The notes beneath the pieces were generated by a model. That model saw nothing but the letters and a program-made list of their open reading frames with translations, was not told the origin of the DNA and searched no databases. 64,000 bases of DNA, taken from contig OZ024757.1 in the NCBI GenBank assembly GCA_964016885.1, positions 11,222,001-11,286,000 on the forward strand, written 5' to 3'. Positions 16,213-28,150 of the stretch are shown here, piece after piece. Source of the DNA: Eledone cirrhosa (taxonomy: Eukaryota). Each line of letters starts with the position of its first letter. Position 1 is the stretch's first letter. The position numbers were made by a program, and so were the translations under genes.

Positions 16213-17004
16213 GGTGTCCCTAAAAATATATACACCATTCTAATATATTGCCTGTACAGGTAATCAAAGTGTGTATACATTTTTCCGGGACAGCATATAT
16301 ATATATATATACTGGTGTCCCTAAAAATGTATACACCATTCTAATATATATATTGCCTGTACAGGTAATCAAAGTGTGTATACATTTTTCGGGGACACCA
16401 TATATATATACCGGTGTCCCTAAAAATGTATACACCATTCTAATATATATATATTGGTTGTACAGGTAATCAAAGTGTGTATACATTTTTCCGAGACACC
16501 ATATATATATATATATACCGGTGTCCCTAAAAAGGTATACACCATTCTAATATATATATTGCCTGTACAGGTAATCAAAGTGTGTATACATTTTTCGGGG
16601 ACACCATAAATATATATATACCGGCATTCCTAAAAATGTATACACCATTCTAATATATATATTGCCTATACAGTTAATCAACGTGTGTATACATTTTTTC
16701 GGGACACCCTATATATATATATACCGGTGTCCCTAAAAATATATACACCATTCTAATATATATATTGCCTGTACACGTAATCAAAGTGTGTATACATTTT
16801 TCCGGGACACCATAATATATACCGGGGTCCCTAAAAATGTATACACCATTCTAATATATATATTGCCTGTACAGGTAATCAAAGTGTGTATACATTTTTC
16901 GGGAACACCATAATATATACCGGGGTCCCTAAAAATGTATACACCATTCTAATATATATATTGCCTGTACAGGCAATCAAAGTGTGTATACATTTTTCGG
17001 GGCA

Positions 17005-17041
<37 letters not shown>

Positions 17042-17234
17042 GGGGTCCCTAAAAATGTATACACCATTCTAATATATATATTGCCTGTACAGGTAATCAA
17101 AGTGTGTATACATTTTTCCGGGACACCATATATATATATATATATATACCAGTGTCCCTAAAAATGTATACACCATTCTAATATATATATTGCCTGTACA
17201 GGTAATCAAAGTGTGTATACATTTTTCGGGGACA

Positions 17235-17269
<35 letters not shown>

Positions 17270-17353
17270 GGGGTCTCTAAAAATGTATACACCATTCTAA
17301 TATATATATTGTCTGTAGAGGTAATCAAAGTGTCTATACATTTTTCGGGGACA

Positions 17354-17399
<46 letters not shown>

Positions 17400-17587
17400 A
17401 CCAGATTCCCTAAAAATGTATACACCATTCTAATATATATATATTGCCTGTACAGGTAATCAAAGTGTGTATACATTTTTCGGAGACACCATATATATAT
17501 ACCGGTGTCCCTAAAAATGTATACACCATTCTAATATATATATTGCCTGTACAGGTAATCCAGGTGTGTATACATTTTTCCGGGACA

Positions 17588-17638
<51 letters not shown>

Positions 17639-18544
17639 GGTGTCCCTAAAAATGTATACACCATTCTAATATATATATTGCCTGTACAGGTAATCAAAGT
17701 GTGTATACATTTTTCGGGGACACCATATATATATACCGGGGTCCCTAAAAATGTATACACCATTCTAATATATATATTGTCTGTACAGGTAATCAAATTG
17801 TGTATACATTTTTCCGGGACACCATATACATATATATACCGGTGTCCCTAAAAATGTATACACCACTCTAATATATATATTGCCTGTACAGGTAATCAAA
17901 GTGTGTATACCTTTTTCGGGGACACCATATATATATATACCGGGATCCCTAAAAATGTATACACCATTCTAATATATATATTGCCTATACAGGTAATCAA
18001 AGTGTGTATACATTTTTCCGGGACACCATATATATATATATATATACCGGTGTCCCTAAAAATGTATACACCATTCTAATATATATATTGCCTGTACAGG
18101 TAATCAAAGTATGTATACATTTTTCGGGGACACCATATATATATATATATATACCGGTGTCCCTAAAAATGTATACACCATTCTAATATATATATTGCCT
18201 GTACAGGTAATCAATGTGTGTATACATTTTTCGGGAACACAATATATATATATATACCGGGGTCCCTAAAAATGTATACACCATTCTAATATATATATTG
18301 CCTGTACAGGTAATCAAAGTGTGCATACATTTTTCGGGGACACCATATATATATATACCTATGTCCCTAAAAATGTATACACCATTCTAATATATATATT
18401 GCCTGTACAGGTAATCAAAGTGTGCATACATTTTTCGGGGACACCATATATATATATCCCTGTGTCCCTAAAAATGTATTCACCATTCTAATATATATAT
18501 TGCCTGTACAGGTAATCAAAGTGTGTATACATTTTTCGGGAACA

Positions 18545-18593
<49 letters not shown>

Positions 18594-18677
18594 GGGGTCA
18601 CTAAAAATGTATACACCACTCTAATATATATATTGCCTGTACAGGTAATCAAAGTGTGTATACACTTTTCGGAGACA

Positions 18678-18750
<73 letters not shown>

Positions 18751-18841
18751 ATAATACCGGGGTCCCTAAAAATGAATACACCATCCTAACAAGTAATGCA
18801 TGTATAGGCAATCAAAGTGGGTATACATTTTTGTGGGGACG
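16104..18841. repeat. Tandem array of ~24 copies of an ~88 bp MITE-like unit with ~24 bp terminal inverted repeats, separated by variable (TA)n
   Basis: Unit ccGGTGTCCCtAAAAATGTATACAC..GTGTATACATTTTTcgGGGACACC; first partial copy (16104-16161) inverted; last copy (18757) diverged. Confidence 0.9.
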
Positions 18842-18971
18842 TATATACACAAATATGAACATATATATATAGAGAAAGTGTGTGCAAGCAACCAACCAAT
18901 CAAGATCAGAGTTTTAGTAGTATATCGTTAGATACTTCATATATATATATATACTTCGTATATATATATAT

Positions 18972-19014
<43 letters not shown>

Positions 19015-19021
19015 TTTATAT

Positions 19022-19066
<45 letters not shown>

Positions 19067-19073
19067 TTTATAT

Positions 19074-19121
<48 letters not shown>

Positions 19122-19479
19122 CATATATATACTTTATATATATATATATACTTTATATATATATATATACTTTATATATATATATACACTTTATATATAT
19201 ATATATACTTTATATATATATATACTTTATATATATATATACACTTTATATATATATATACACTTTATATATATATATATATACTTTATATATATATATA
19301 TATACTTTATATATATATATACTTTATATATATATATACTTTATATATATATATATACTTTATATATATATATATATATATATTTTATATATACATATAT
19401 ATATTTTATATATATATATATATATATCCTTAGCATGGCCTCAGCCGGATGGCTGAAACAGGTAAAAGAGTATATATAT

Positions 19480-19517
<38 letters not shown>

Positions 19518-19541
19518 TATATACTTTATATATATATATAT

Positions 19542-19590
<49 letters not shown>

Positions 19591-19879
19591 TTTATATATA
19601 TATATATATATACTTTATATATATATATATATATATATATACTCTATATATATATATATATACTCTATATATATATATATAACTCTATATATATATATAT
19701 ACTCTATATATATATATACTCTATATATATATATATATACTCTATATATATATATAACTATCTCTCTCTATATATATATATATACTCTCTCTCTCTATAT
19801 ATATATATAACTCTATATATATATATATATATAACTCTATATATATATATATAAGTCTATATATATATATATATATAAT

Positions 19880-20150
19880 ATAAGATCAAAAGATGGTTAA
19901 AGGAGTTCCATATATTTTATTATGCGCATTTCAAAAACAAACATCATCAAGCAATAATATTTTTGTTTTCATCAGATAAAACAGGAGAACATGATATGAA
20001 GGCTAAAAAAACACTTGTTGATAGTGCAGTTTTAAATCAACATATCTTTTGATCTTATATTATGCATACTCCAGTCCCACAAACTGTAGAGTGCTTCTTA
20101 TCCGATATCTGCATTGCTTTATTGCACTACAATAAAACTCACCTCCTACA
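19880..20150. mobile_element. Short non-coding derivative of the Penelope 3' end (inverted HHR segment joined to the terminal segment)
   Basis: 19880-20043 matches 20473-20635; 20045-20150 matches 23877-23982; HHR motif on minus strand at 19915-19981. Confidence 0.8.
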
Positions 20151-20175
20151 TATATATATATATATATATATATAA

Positions 20176-20223
<48 letters not shown>

Positions 20224-20411
20224 ATAATAATAAAATTGAAGACTAAAATCCAAAGAGGGCTCGATAAGGAAAATATATATCAAATATATAAAAACCGTAG
20301 AGCAAATATTTAGGTTAGTTTCAGAAGATCCCGTTAAGGGTGAAAGCAGCAATTCTTTGCTTAAACTTTAATCTGTTATTTTAATAAATATATATATATA
20401 TATATATAAAG

Positions 20412-20476
<65 letters not shown>

Positions 20477-20506
20477 ATCAAAAGATGGTTAAAGGAGTTC
20501 CATGTA

Positions 20507-20573
20507 TTTTATTATGCGCATTTCAAAAACAAACATCATCATGCAATAATATTTGTGTTTTCATCAGATAAAA
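20507..20573 (-). ncRNA. Hammerhead ribozyme motif in Penelope 3' repeat (left arm)
   Basis: Reverse complement of 23790-23856. Confidence 0.75.
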
Positions 20574-21597
20574 CAGGAGAACATGATATGAAGGCTAAAA
20601 AACACTTGTGGATAGTGCAGTTTTAAATCAACATATGAAAAGTGGTTTTAGATTGATGTGTGGTATTGGGAAAAAATTTTTTTTTATTTAGAGAGGGGGG
20701 GGGGTGGAAAGGATGAAAAGGGAAGGAGATGAGAGGGAGAGATGGGTGATAGAGAGAAAGAGATAGTTTTTATAACTGAGAGGAGATATATTTTTATATA
20801 GAGAGGTTGAAAACCGTTGGAAGATGCTGTATAAATTAAAAATTTTGAAAATTAACGAAGGGAGGATATGTGCGAGGAAAAAATATTTTATTTAGGGAGG
20901 GGGGAGTGGAAAGGATGAAAAAAAGGGGGAGGAGATGAGAGTGAAGGTGGAGAGGGAGAGATGGGTGATAGAGAGAAAGAGATAGTTTTTATAACTGAGA
21001 AAAAGATATATTGTTTTAACATAGAGAGGTTGGGAACCGTTGGAAGATAATGTATAAATTAAAGGAATTTGAAAATTAACGAAGGGAAATTATGTATGAA
21101 GATAGAGAGAAAAAAATAATAATTGTGGATGAATATTCTAACGTCAAAAAAAGAAATGTATGTATTGTGGCAATTTCAAAATTAACGAAGAGAAAAATTA
21201 TTAAGGTTTGTGTGTAGAAGGATTTGAGAAAAATAGTGTGAAGTTAAAGTTTGTATATTGATTGAATTGATAATATATGCGAATAAAGAGTTAATATGTA
21301 TTAATAATGAGTTCGTTGATGGGGAGAAAAAAAAAATAATAAATTAAGGATGAAATTGAGATTAAAAAGATTTATGATAGAGAGAAAAAATAATAATGAT
21401 TGCGGATGAATATTCTAACGTCAAAAACAAAAGTATATGTTATGATTTTACAAGATGAAGATAGAATGAGGTTAATGAGTAAACAAGTATTATAGAGTGT
21501 ATAATGCCCTTTAAAGTAAGGTAGATGGGTATATTTTAAAGAGGTGTATGTATATGTGCCTTTGAGAAAAGATTCTAAATTGATAAAGAATTGAATA

Positions 21598-22328
21598 TTA
21601 ACTGTATACTTTGTGAAAAGTTCTATGGAATTTATGCAGGCAGATAGAAAACAAATCTGTGCGTCTATTTATTATAGAATCTAGGTTAGAGATAGTGGTA
21701 AATTTTTCATTTAGGCAGAGATTACAGATTTTAGATAGAGAGCTGTTCAAGTATGAGGATGCAGAAGAAATCTTCTTCCAAAAGATGGTATATTTAATGT
21801 TTTTGTCTTTTAAGGACCATATGAGTTCTGAGAGAGCAGTGTTAGTTCTTTTAAGTTTGTATTTGAAAGATGAATGATGATTATAGAGACGAGCTTTAAA
21901 AGAGGTGGAAGTGGAGCCAAAATAGGTGAAGGAATTGGTGCTAGTTATAATTTTACATTCATAAATTAAGTTTTTATCGAGACAATGGTTGTTGAGAGGA
22001 CATTTATTTTTAATGCGGCAGTTGCAATTAGAGAGATTATTAATGAGTGATCTAGTGTTATCTATAGAAGGAATTGGATTGGAGAAGTTGTTTGCGATAG
22101 GAATAATAGGAATAATAGTTTCTTGATTTAGAGTTGGATTATGAACATTTAGCGAAGTTGTGTTTGACGTTGTATTTGGGTTTACAGAAGTTAGCCTAGG
22201 GTTTACAATGACGTCGGGAGTACTATTACTGTTATTATGAAATTCAATATTGGAAGGAAGAGATTTAGTATTTAGTATTTTATTGTTGTGTTTAGAGATG
22301 ATGTTGGAAATATTGGAGGATGTAGAAT
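21598..22328 (-). pseudogene. Penelope-like Asn-rich linker plus GIY-YIG endonuclease (no RT)
   Basis: CNCR..CPLNNHCL, LIYEC..TYFGST..FKARLYNH, LSELIWSLK, CNLCLNEK, INRR..CLH. Confidence 0.85.
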
Positions 22329-22753
22329 ACTGCCGCATTAAAAATAAATGTCCTCTCAACAACCATTGTCTCGATAAAAACTTAATTTATGAATGTAAAA
22401 TTATAACTAGCACCAATTCCTTCACCTATTTTGGCTCCACTTCCACCTCTTTTAAAGCTCGTCTCTATAATCATCATTCATCTTTCAAATACAAACTTAA
22501 AAGAACTAACACTGCTCTCTCAGAACTCATATGGTCCTTAAAAGACAAAAACATTAAATATACCATCTTTTGGAAGAAGATTTCTTCTGCATCCTCATAC
22601 TTGAACAGCTCTCTATCTAAAATCTGTAATCTCTGCCTAAATGAAAAATTTACCATTATCTCTAACCTAGATTCTATAATAAATAGACGCACAGATTTGT
22701 TTTCTATCTGCCTGCATAAATTCCATAGAACTTTTCACAAAGTATACAGTTAA
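22329..22753 (+). pseudogene. Inverted second copy of the GIY-YIG endonuclease C-terminal part
   Basis: Same peptide from CRIKNKCPL onward with one substitution (FTII vs FTTI). Confidence 0.85.
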
Positions 22754-23789
22754 TATTCAATTCTTTATCAATTTAGAATCTTTTCTCAAAGGCACATATA
22801 CATACACCTCTTTTAAAATATACCCATCTACCTTACTTTAAAGGGCATTATACACTCTATAATACTTGTTTACTCATTACCCTCATTCTATCTTCATCTT
22901 GTAAAATCATAACATATACTTTTGTTTTTGACGTTAGAATATTCATCCGCAATCATTATTATTTTTTCTCTCTATCATAAATCTTTTTAATCTCAATTTC
23001 ATCCTTAATTTATTTTTTTTTTTTTCTCCCCATCAACGAACTCATTATTAATACATATTAACTCTTTATTCGCATATATTATCAATTCAATCAATATACA
23101 AACTTTAACTTCACACTATTTTTCTCAAATCCTTCTACACACAAACCTTAATAATTTTTCTCTTCGTTAATTTTGAAATTGCCACAATACATACATTTCT
23201 TTTTTTGACGTTAGAATATTCATCCACAATTATTATTTTTTTCTCTCTATCTTCATACATAATTTCCCTTCGTTAATTTTCAAATTCCTTTAATTTATAC
23301 ATTATCTTCCAACGGTTCCCAACCTCTCTATGTTAAAACAATATATCTTTTTCTCAGTTATAAAAACTATCTCTTTCTCTCTATCACCCATCTCTCCCTC
23401 TCCACCTTCACTCTCATCTCCTCCCCCTTTTTTTCATCCTTTCCACTCCCCCCTCCCTAAATAAAATATTTTTTCCTCGCACATATCCTCCCTTCGTTAA
23501 TTTTCAAAATTTTTAATTTATACAGCATCTTCCAACGGTTTTCAACCTCTCTATATATAAAAAATATATCTCCTCTCAGTTATAAAAACTATCTCTTTCT
23601 CTCTATCACCCATCTCTCCCTCTCATCTCCTTCCCGTTTCATCCTTTCCACCCCACCCCCCCTCTCTAAATAATTTTTTTTTTTTTTTTTTTTTTTTTTC
23701 CCAACATCAATCTAAAACCACTTTTCATATGTTGATTTAAAACTGCACTATCCACAAGTGTTTTTTAGCCTTCATATCATGTTCTCCTG

Positions 23790-23856
23790 TTTTATCTGAT
23801 GAAAACACAAATATTATTGCATGATGATGTTTGTTTTTGAAATGCGCATAATAAAA
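23790..23856 (+). ncRNA. Hammerhead ribozyme motif in Penelope 3' repeat (right arm)
   Basis: TTTTAT-CTGATGA-AAACA..TGTTTtt-GAAA-TGCGCA-TA-ATAAAA; palindrome ATGCGCAT, AUA triplet; sense to the GIY-YIG ORF. Confidence 0.75.
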
Positions 23857-23999
23857 TACATGGAACTCCTTTAACCATCTTTTGATCTTATATTATGCAT
23901 ACTCCAGTCCTACAAACTGTAGAGTGCTTCTTATCCGATATCTGCATTGCTTTATTGTACTACAATAAAACTCACCTCCTACATATATATATATATAAA

Positions 24000-24057
<58 letters not shown>

Positions 24058-24902
24058 TGCATCTTCGCTTATCCGGATATCGGTATTTTTTGAAATTCGA
24101 TTTACCGGATGGCTATTTCTATACTACCTCTGGATGAGGAGGACTTGATTTCGGCAGGCGGACAGACTCGGGCAGCATTTCTTCCGGTCACGTTACCTCA
24201 CTTATTCAGCCAATGGACCAGGGAGGTTTGGAGACACTAAAGCGGATTTACAGAAAACAATTGCAACGGGATTTGATCGAAAAAGGGGACATGGGAATGA
24301 TTCCATGTTTACGTGCGATGAACATGAGGCAGGTGGTTGACCTCAGCTGTTGTTTGGAAATGGTAGCGGAACGACGAGCTTCGGTGCGAAAGCAATCGGC
24401 ACTACCATGCTATTAGTTGTCAGAAGTGAAAGTATTCTCAATCGTAAACATCATTTATTTCCGTATTACCACACGTTATTTTAATAAAGCATATCGATGT
24501 AAGTGGAGTTACTTAAATGAAAATGACTCGTTTTCTACATTGATAACCATGACTATGAAAATATAGTTCATGGTATTAGCTGTCAGAAGTAACTCGACTG
24601 TTGGTGAGAATTCATTTAAGTTCATGGTATTAGCTGTCAGAAGTAACTCCACTGTTGGTGAGAATTACTTGTTTTCTACATTGATAACCATGACTATGAA
24701 AATATAGTTACTTAAATGAAAATAAAGGGGGCCCTTAAAAGGGTCAAATTAGAAAACAAATTGAAGTTAATTAGAAAACAAGTCATGGTTATCAAATAAA
24801 TTTGATTTAATCATATTTTCATAGTCATGGTTATCAATGTAGAAAACAAGTCATTTTCATTTAAGTAACTCCACTTACATCGATATGCTTTATTAAAATA
24901 AC

Positions 24903-25090
24903 TGTTTCTACTTTTGGCACAAGGCCAGCAATCGTCCCAGTACATTACTGGTACTTTATTTTATCGACCTCGTAAGGATGAAAGGCAAAGCTAACCTCGG
25001 CGGGATTTGAACCCAGAACGTAAAGGGCCATAACTCTATGCTATAAAGCATGGTGTTTGATGTTCTACCGATACTGCCAATTCACCGCTT
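24903..25090 (-). mobile_element. tRNA-derived Meta-domain-like SINE; further copies ~26473-26630(-), 31180-31300(+), 42960-43325(-), 47180-47540(-), 49990-50125(+), 50230-50410(-), 51060-51425(-), 54708-54897(-)
   Basis: A-box/B-box (GGTTCAAATCCC) followed by GCCTTTCATCCTTACGRGGTCGATAAAATAAAGTACCAGT; many dispersed copies. Confidence 0.8.
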
Positions 25091-25339
25091 TATTAAAATA
25101 ACGTGTAGTAATACGGAAATAAACGATGTTTACGATTGGGAATACTTTCACTTCTGACAGCTAATAGCAAACAATCTTCTATTGATTCATTTTTTTTTAA
25201 AGTACTAACTTTTTATGGTTTGACTCAATTCAGTTTTACCGGGTGTTTAGTTATTCTTATGTTTGTTTAATTAATTTTCGGCATACATGACTTTTAGCGG
25301 TCGCAATAATGAAAGTAAATTTATTGTTATTTTCGAATG

Positions 25340-25640
25340 TCGTGTTTACATTTTGTGTATTTAAAGGAAACATGCTGGCTACGAAGCTTCTTCTTTGCAC
25401 GGCTCCATGTGTTCTCTATGAGCTGCGTGTGCACATCAAGGTCCGCAGGATCTACAAAGTTCCGTTCGTGCACCACAGCATCATGAACGTAAATCCCACC
25501 TTCAATTTCCTCAATTTCCGAATAGGAAGCCCAACCATCGGAGGTGATGCGGCTGCCTGGCAAAATCCCTGCTGAATGATGGGGACGAGAGTGTCACAGC
25601 TTCGATTTGGGACTTCTACAAGGCAGCAGCGTCCAGAATG
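25340..25640 (-). pseudogene. Merlin (IS1595/ISXO2-like) transposase fragment
   Basis: PGSRITSDGWASY..VVHERNFVDP..VHTQLIENTWSRAKKKL. Confidence 0.85.
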
Positions 25641-26067
25641 GCGGACTCCCCATTTGCAAGCCTCCTTACAAGATTACTTCGGTATTGAGTACTCTTCTCT
25701 CAACCGTCAACTACACACACACACACATATATATATAATCAGTTAAAACGACAGAGGCTCTGATTTTGTCTTTAATCTCAGTAACTAATTTAGATCTAAA
25801 CACACACAAAATGTAAACATTTTTCAGAACGTTAAAAGTCCTGTATGCCTAAATTTCTTATAAATTCTAGCTGTTCTTTTGTTATTCTAATAAATTTTCT
25901 TTACTTAGCATTTGTCTTTTATTTTGACTAAAAGAAGCCAAAACATTAGAAACGACGAGCATTATGTAACAATGGGATTTTAGAATTCACTTATCTGGAT
26001 ATTTCACTTAACCGGATCTTTTTCTAACTGTTTGCTTTTGACTGTCCGGATAAGCGAAGATTCACTG

Positions 26068-26104
<37 letters not shown>

Positions 26105-26341
26105 ATATACGTGCATGTATATATGTGTGCATGTATGTATATATATGTATACATACTACTGTACGTCTGTATACATGTATGTATGTACGTGTACATACTT
26201 ATATTTAAGTAACAGCCGTACTAAGAGTGGGAAATGAAATTTTGTTTCATTTTTTCCGTTTATATATATATATATATTTATATAAATTAATAAAAACAAT
26301 GAATAAAAACAAAGAAACAGTTCCTTATATTAAAAAATTAA

Positions 26342-26471
26342 TCATTTTACGATCGTTTCTAGGATATATATGTGTGTGTTGGTATGTATATCATACAGAT
26401 CTATGTAAAAATGTTACAAACTATGAGAGGGAATATACATACCTACACATATATATGCTGTCTTCAGAAAT
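26342..26471 (-). ncRNA. Hammerhead ribozyme motif with ~100 nt stem II
   Basis: Minus strand ATTT-CTGAAGA-[..atatatatgtgt.ggtatgtata..tatacatacc..acacatatatat..]-GAAAC-GATC-GTA-AAATGA; a SINE is inserted next to stem I. Confidence 0.68.
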
Positions 26472-27035
26472 AATTGTTTCTATTTTAGGCACAAGGCCAG
26501 CAATTACCCAGTACATTACTGGTACTTTATTTTATCGACCCCGTAAGGATGAAAGGCAAAGTTAACCTCGGCGGGATTTGAACTCAGATCGTAAAGGGAC
26601 GTAACTCTATGCTGGAAAGCATGGCGTCCAACAATGATATTTGTTTATTGAAAAAAACCAACAAAGATTTAATATAATAGGTCTGTTTGGGAACAGGTTT
26701 TGAATTGACTAAGTTGATAGAATAGTAGTAGTAGAAATTTGATTTAGGGCTAGAGGAATGCAAACTTATGTTTTGAATGGAAAGAGTACTTTGAATGAAA
26801 GTATTACTTTGGGGATGAAAAGAGGTCAAGCTGGTGAAAGGTACACGAAAATTTGATGTTATTAAAGAATAATGCTAATGTTAAAATCGAAGAAGAATAA
26901 AATTTTAGGGTAAATGTGTTAGTGAGAAATATCAATCTTATTTAAAATACAAGGAATTTAGATCTATAACAAGAAATTAAATTAATTTAATTGATAGGTA
27001 TACTTATAGGGATAAATTTATATTTATTCATATAT

Positions 27036-27345
27036 GGAGGCACATGGCTTAGTGGTTAGAGCATTGGCCTTGCAATTGAAAGGTTGTGAGTTCAATTCTC
27101 AGACCGGGCGATGTGTTGTTTCCTTGAGCAAGACACTTTATTTCACATTGCTCCAGTTTACTCAGCTGTAGAAATGAGATGACCCCAGTCCCCGTCATTC
27201 CACTGCAAAGTGGTCGTGGATGTGTAAATGAGGTTGGTGTTAGGAAGGGCATCTAGCTGTAGAAATCAAGCCAGAATCAATTCCCGTCCCACCCTTGCAA
27301 GCAGGGAAAAAAGCGGACGTAAAATGAAATGATGATGAATGATGA
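27036..27345 (+). mobile_element. tRNA-derived SINE with CORE-like domain; related pieces ~33885-33990(-) and ~51850-51990(-)
   Basis: TGGCTTAGTGG A-box, GAGTTCAATTC B-box, TCCTTGAGCAAGACACTT, (ATG)n tail. Confidence 0.75.
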
Positions 27346-27959
27346 TAGATGTGATAAATAAGAGTTAGATGTTATTAAAGAATATTGTTAAAAACGAAGG
27401 ATAAAATGTATTAGTGAGAAATAACAAACTTATATAGACTACAAGGAATTTAGATTCATAACAGGAAATTAAAATAGTTTATATGTATACTTATAGGTAT
27501 TAATTTTAGGAAAAGATAGCTGTAAAAGGGAAATAAAATTATGAAATTCTCAGTAGTAAAATACTAATTATAGGTTAACTAAATTAATAAAAACTAATTA
27601 GAATAATTTGTAAAATATAAGTGTATATTAATTAGGTTTATAATATTTGAAAGTTATATATATAAATATTTAGACAGAAAATACGGGAAAAATTAGTCAG
27701 AAATATTTTAAATATAAAACGGAATAAATTAATGAAAGAAACGTAAAAATGATAAAAATTGTTGAAATACCTTGAAAATATAAAATATAGAAGAAAGAGA
27801 CAGGAATTGATTGAGTTTGAAGTAAATTAATGAATGAACGAAAGTAGGTGGGGCAGGAACGGACCTTTTACTCTATCTCTCTCTCCTGGCCTTACTGGCT
27901 CTCACTTTCTCGGCCACAGACTACACCACCAGACAAGAGAGACCGAAGCAGCAGTCCTT

Positions 27960-28150
27960 GAGAGGAATAACAAATACTAAGGAGACACACACACTCAGTA
28001 GGTTTCATTACACTACATATGCAACAAACAAAAGGGGTCCAAGAACAGATCCCTGTGGTAAACCAGATGACATCTCATACAGTGAAGAATGCTGTCCTAG
28101 AACCGTGACTACCTCTCTTCAACTGAGAATGAAGGATTTCAACCAGTTAA
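27960..28150 (-). pseudogene. CR1/L2/Jockey-group LINE RT fragment
   Basis: Minus strand encodes SGLPQGSVLGPLLFVAY. Confidence 0.7.

Larger units (their letters stand above)
20473..23982. mobile_element. 5'-truncated Penelope-like element (Naiad-like) as an inverted duplication: arms 20473-22022 and 22329-23892, 306 bp spacer, flanked by (TA)n
   Basis: Arms are near-perfect reverse complements; each carries a GIY-YIG coding segment, a ~1.1 kb 3' region and an HHR. Confidence 0.9.
24055..26067 (+). mobile_element. Pogo/Tigger-type non-autonomous DNA transposon with nested cargo
   Basis: TIRs CAGTGCATCTTCGCTTATCCGGA / TCCGGATAAGCGAAGATTCACTG with TA flanks; internal transposase remnant VTSLIQPMDQG..LKRIYRK (~24180-24400). 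Confidence 0.85.

Noticed and set aside
16104-18841. CRISPR-like repeat-spacer appearance
   Set aside because: Spacers are only (TA)n, repeats are ~88 bp, there are no cas genes and the context is eukaryotic
22250-22328. N-terminus of the 167 aa plus-strand ORF
   Set aside because: Antisense of the spacer, fused in frame by the inversion; not a real start
24960-25090. tRNA genes suggested by A/B boxes
   Set aside because: They are SINE heads with no complete cloverleaf
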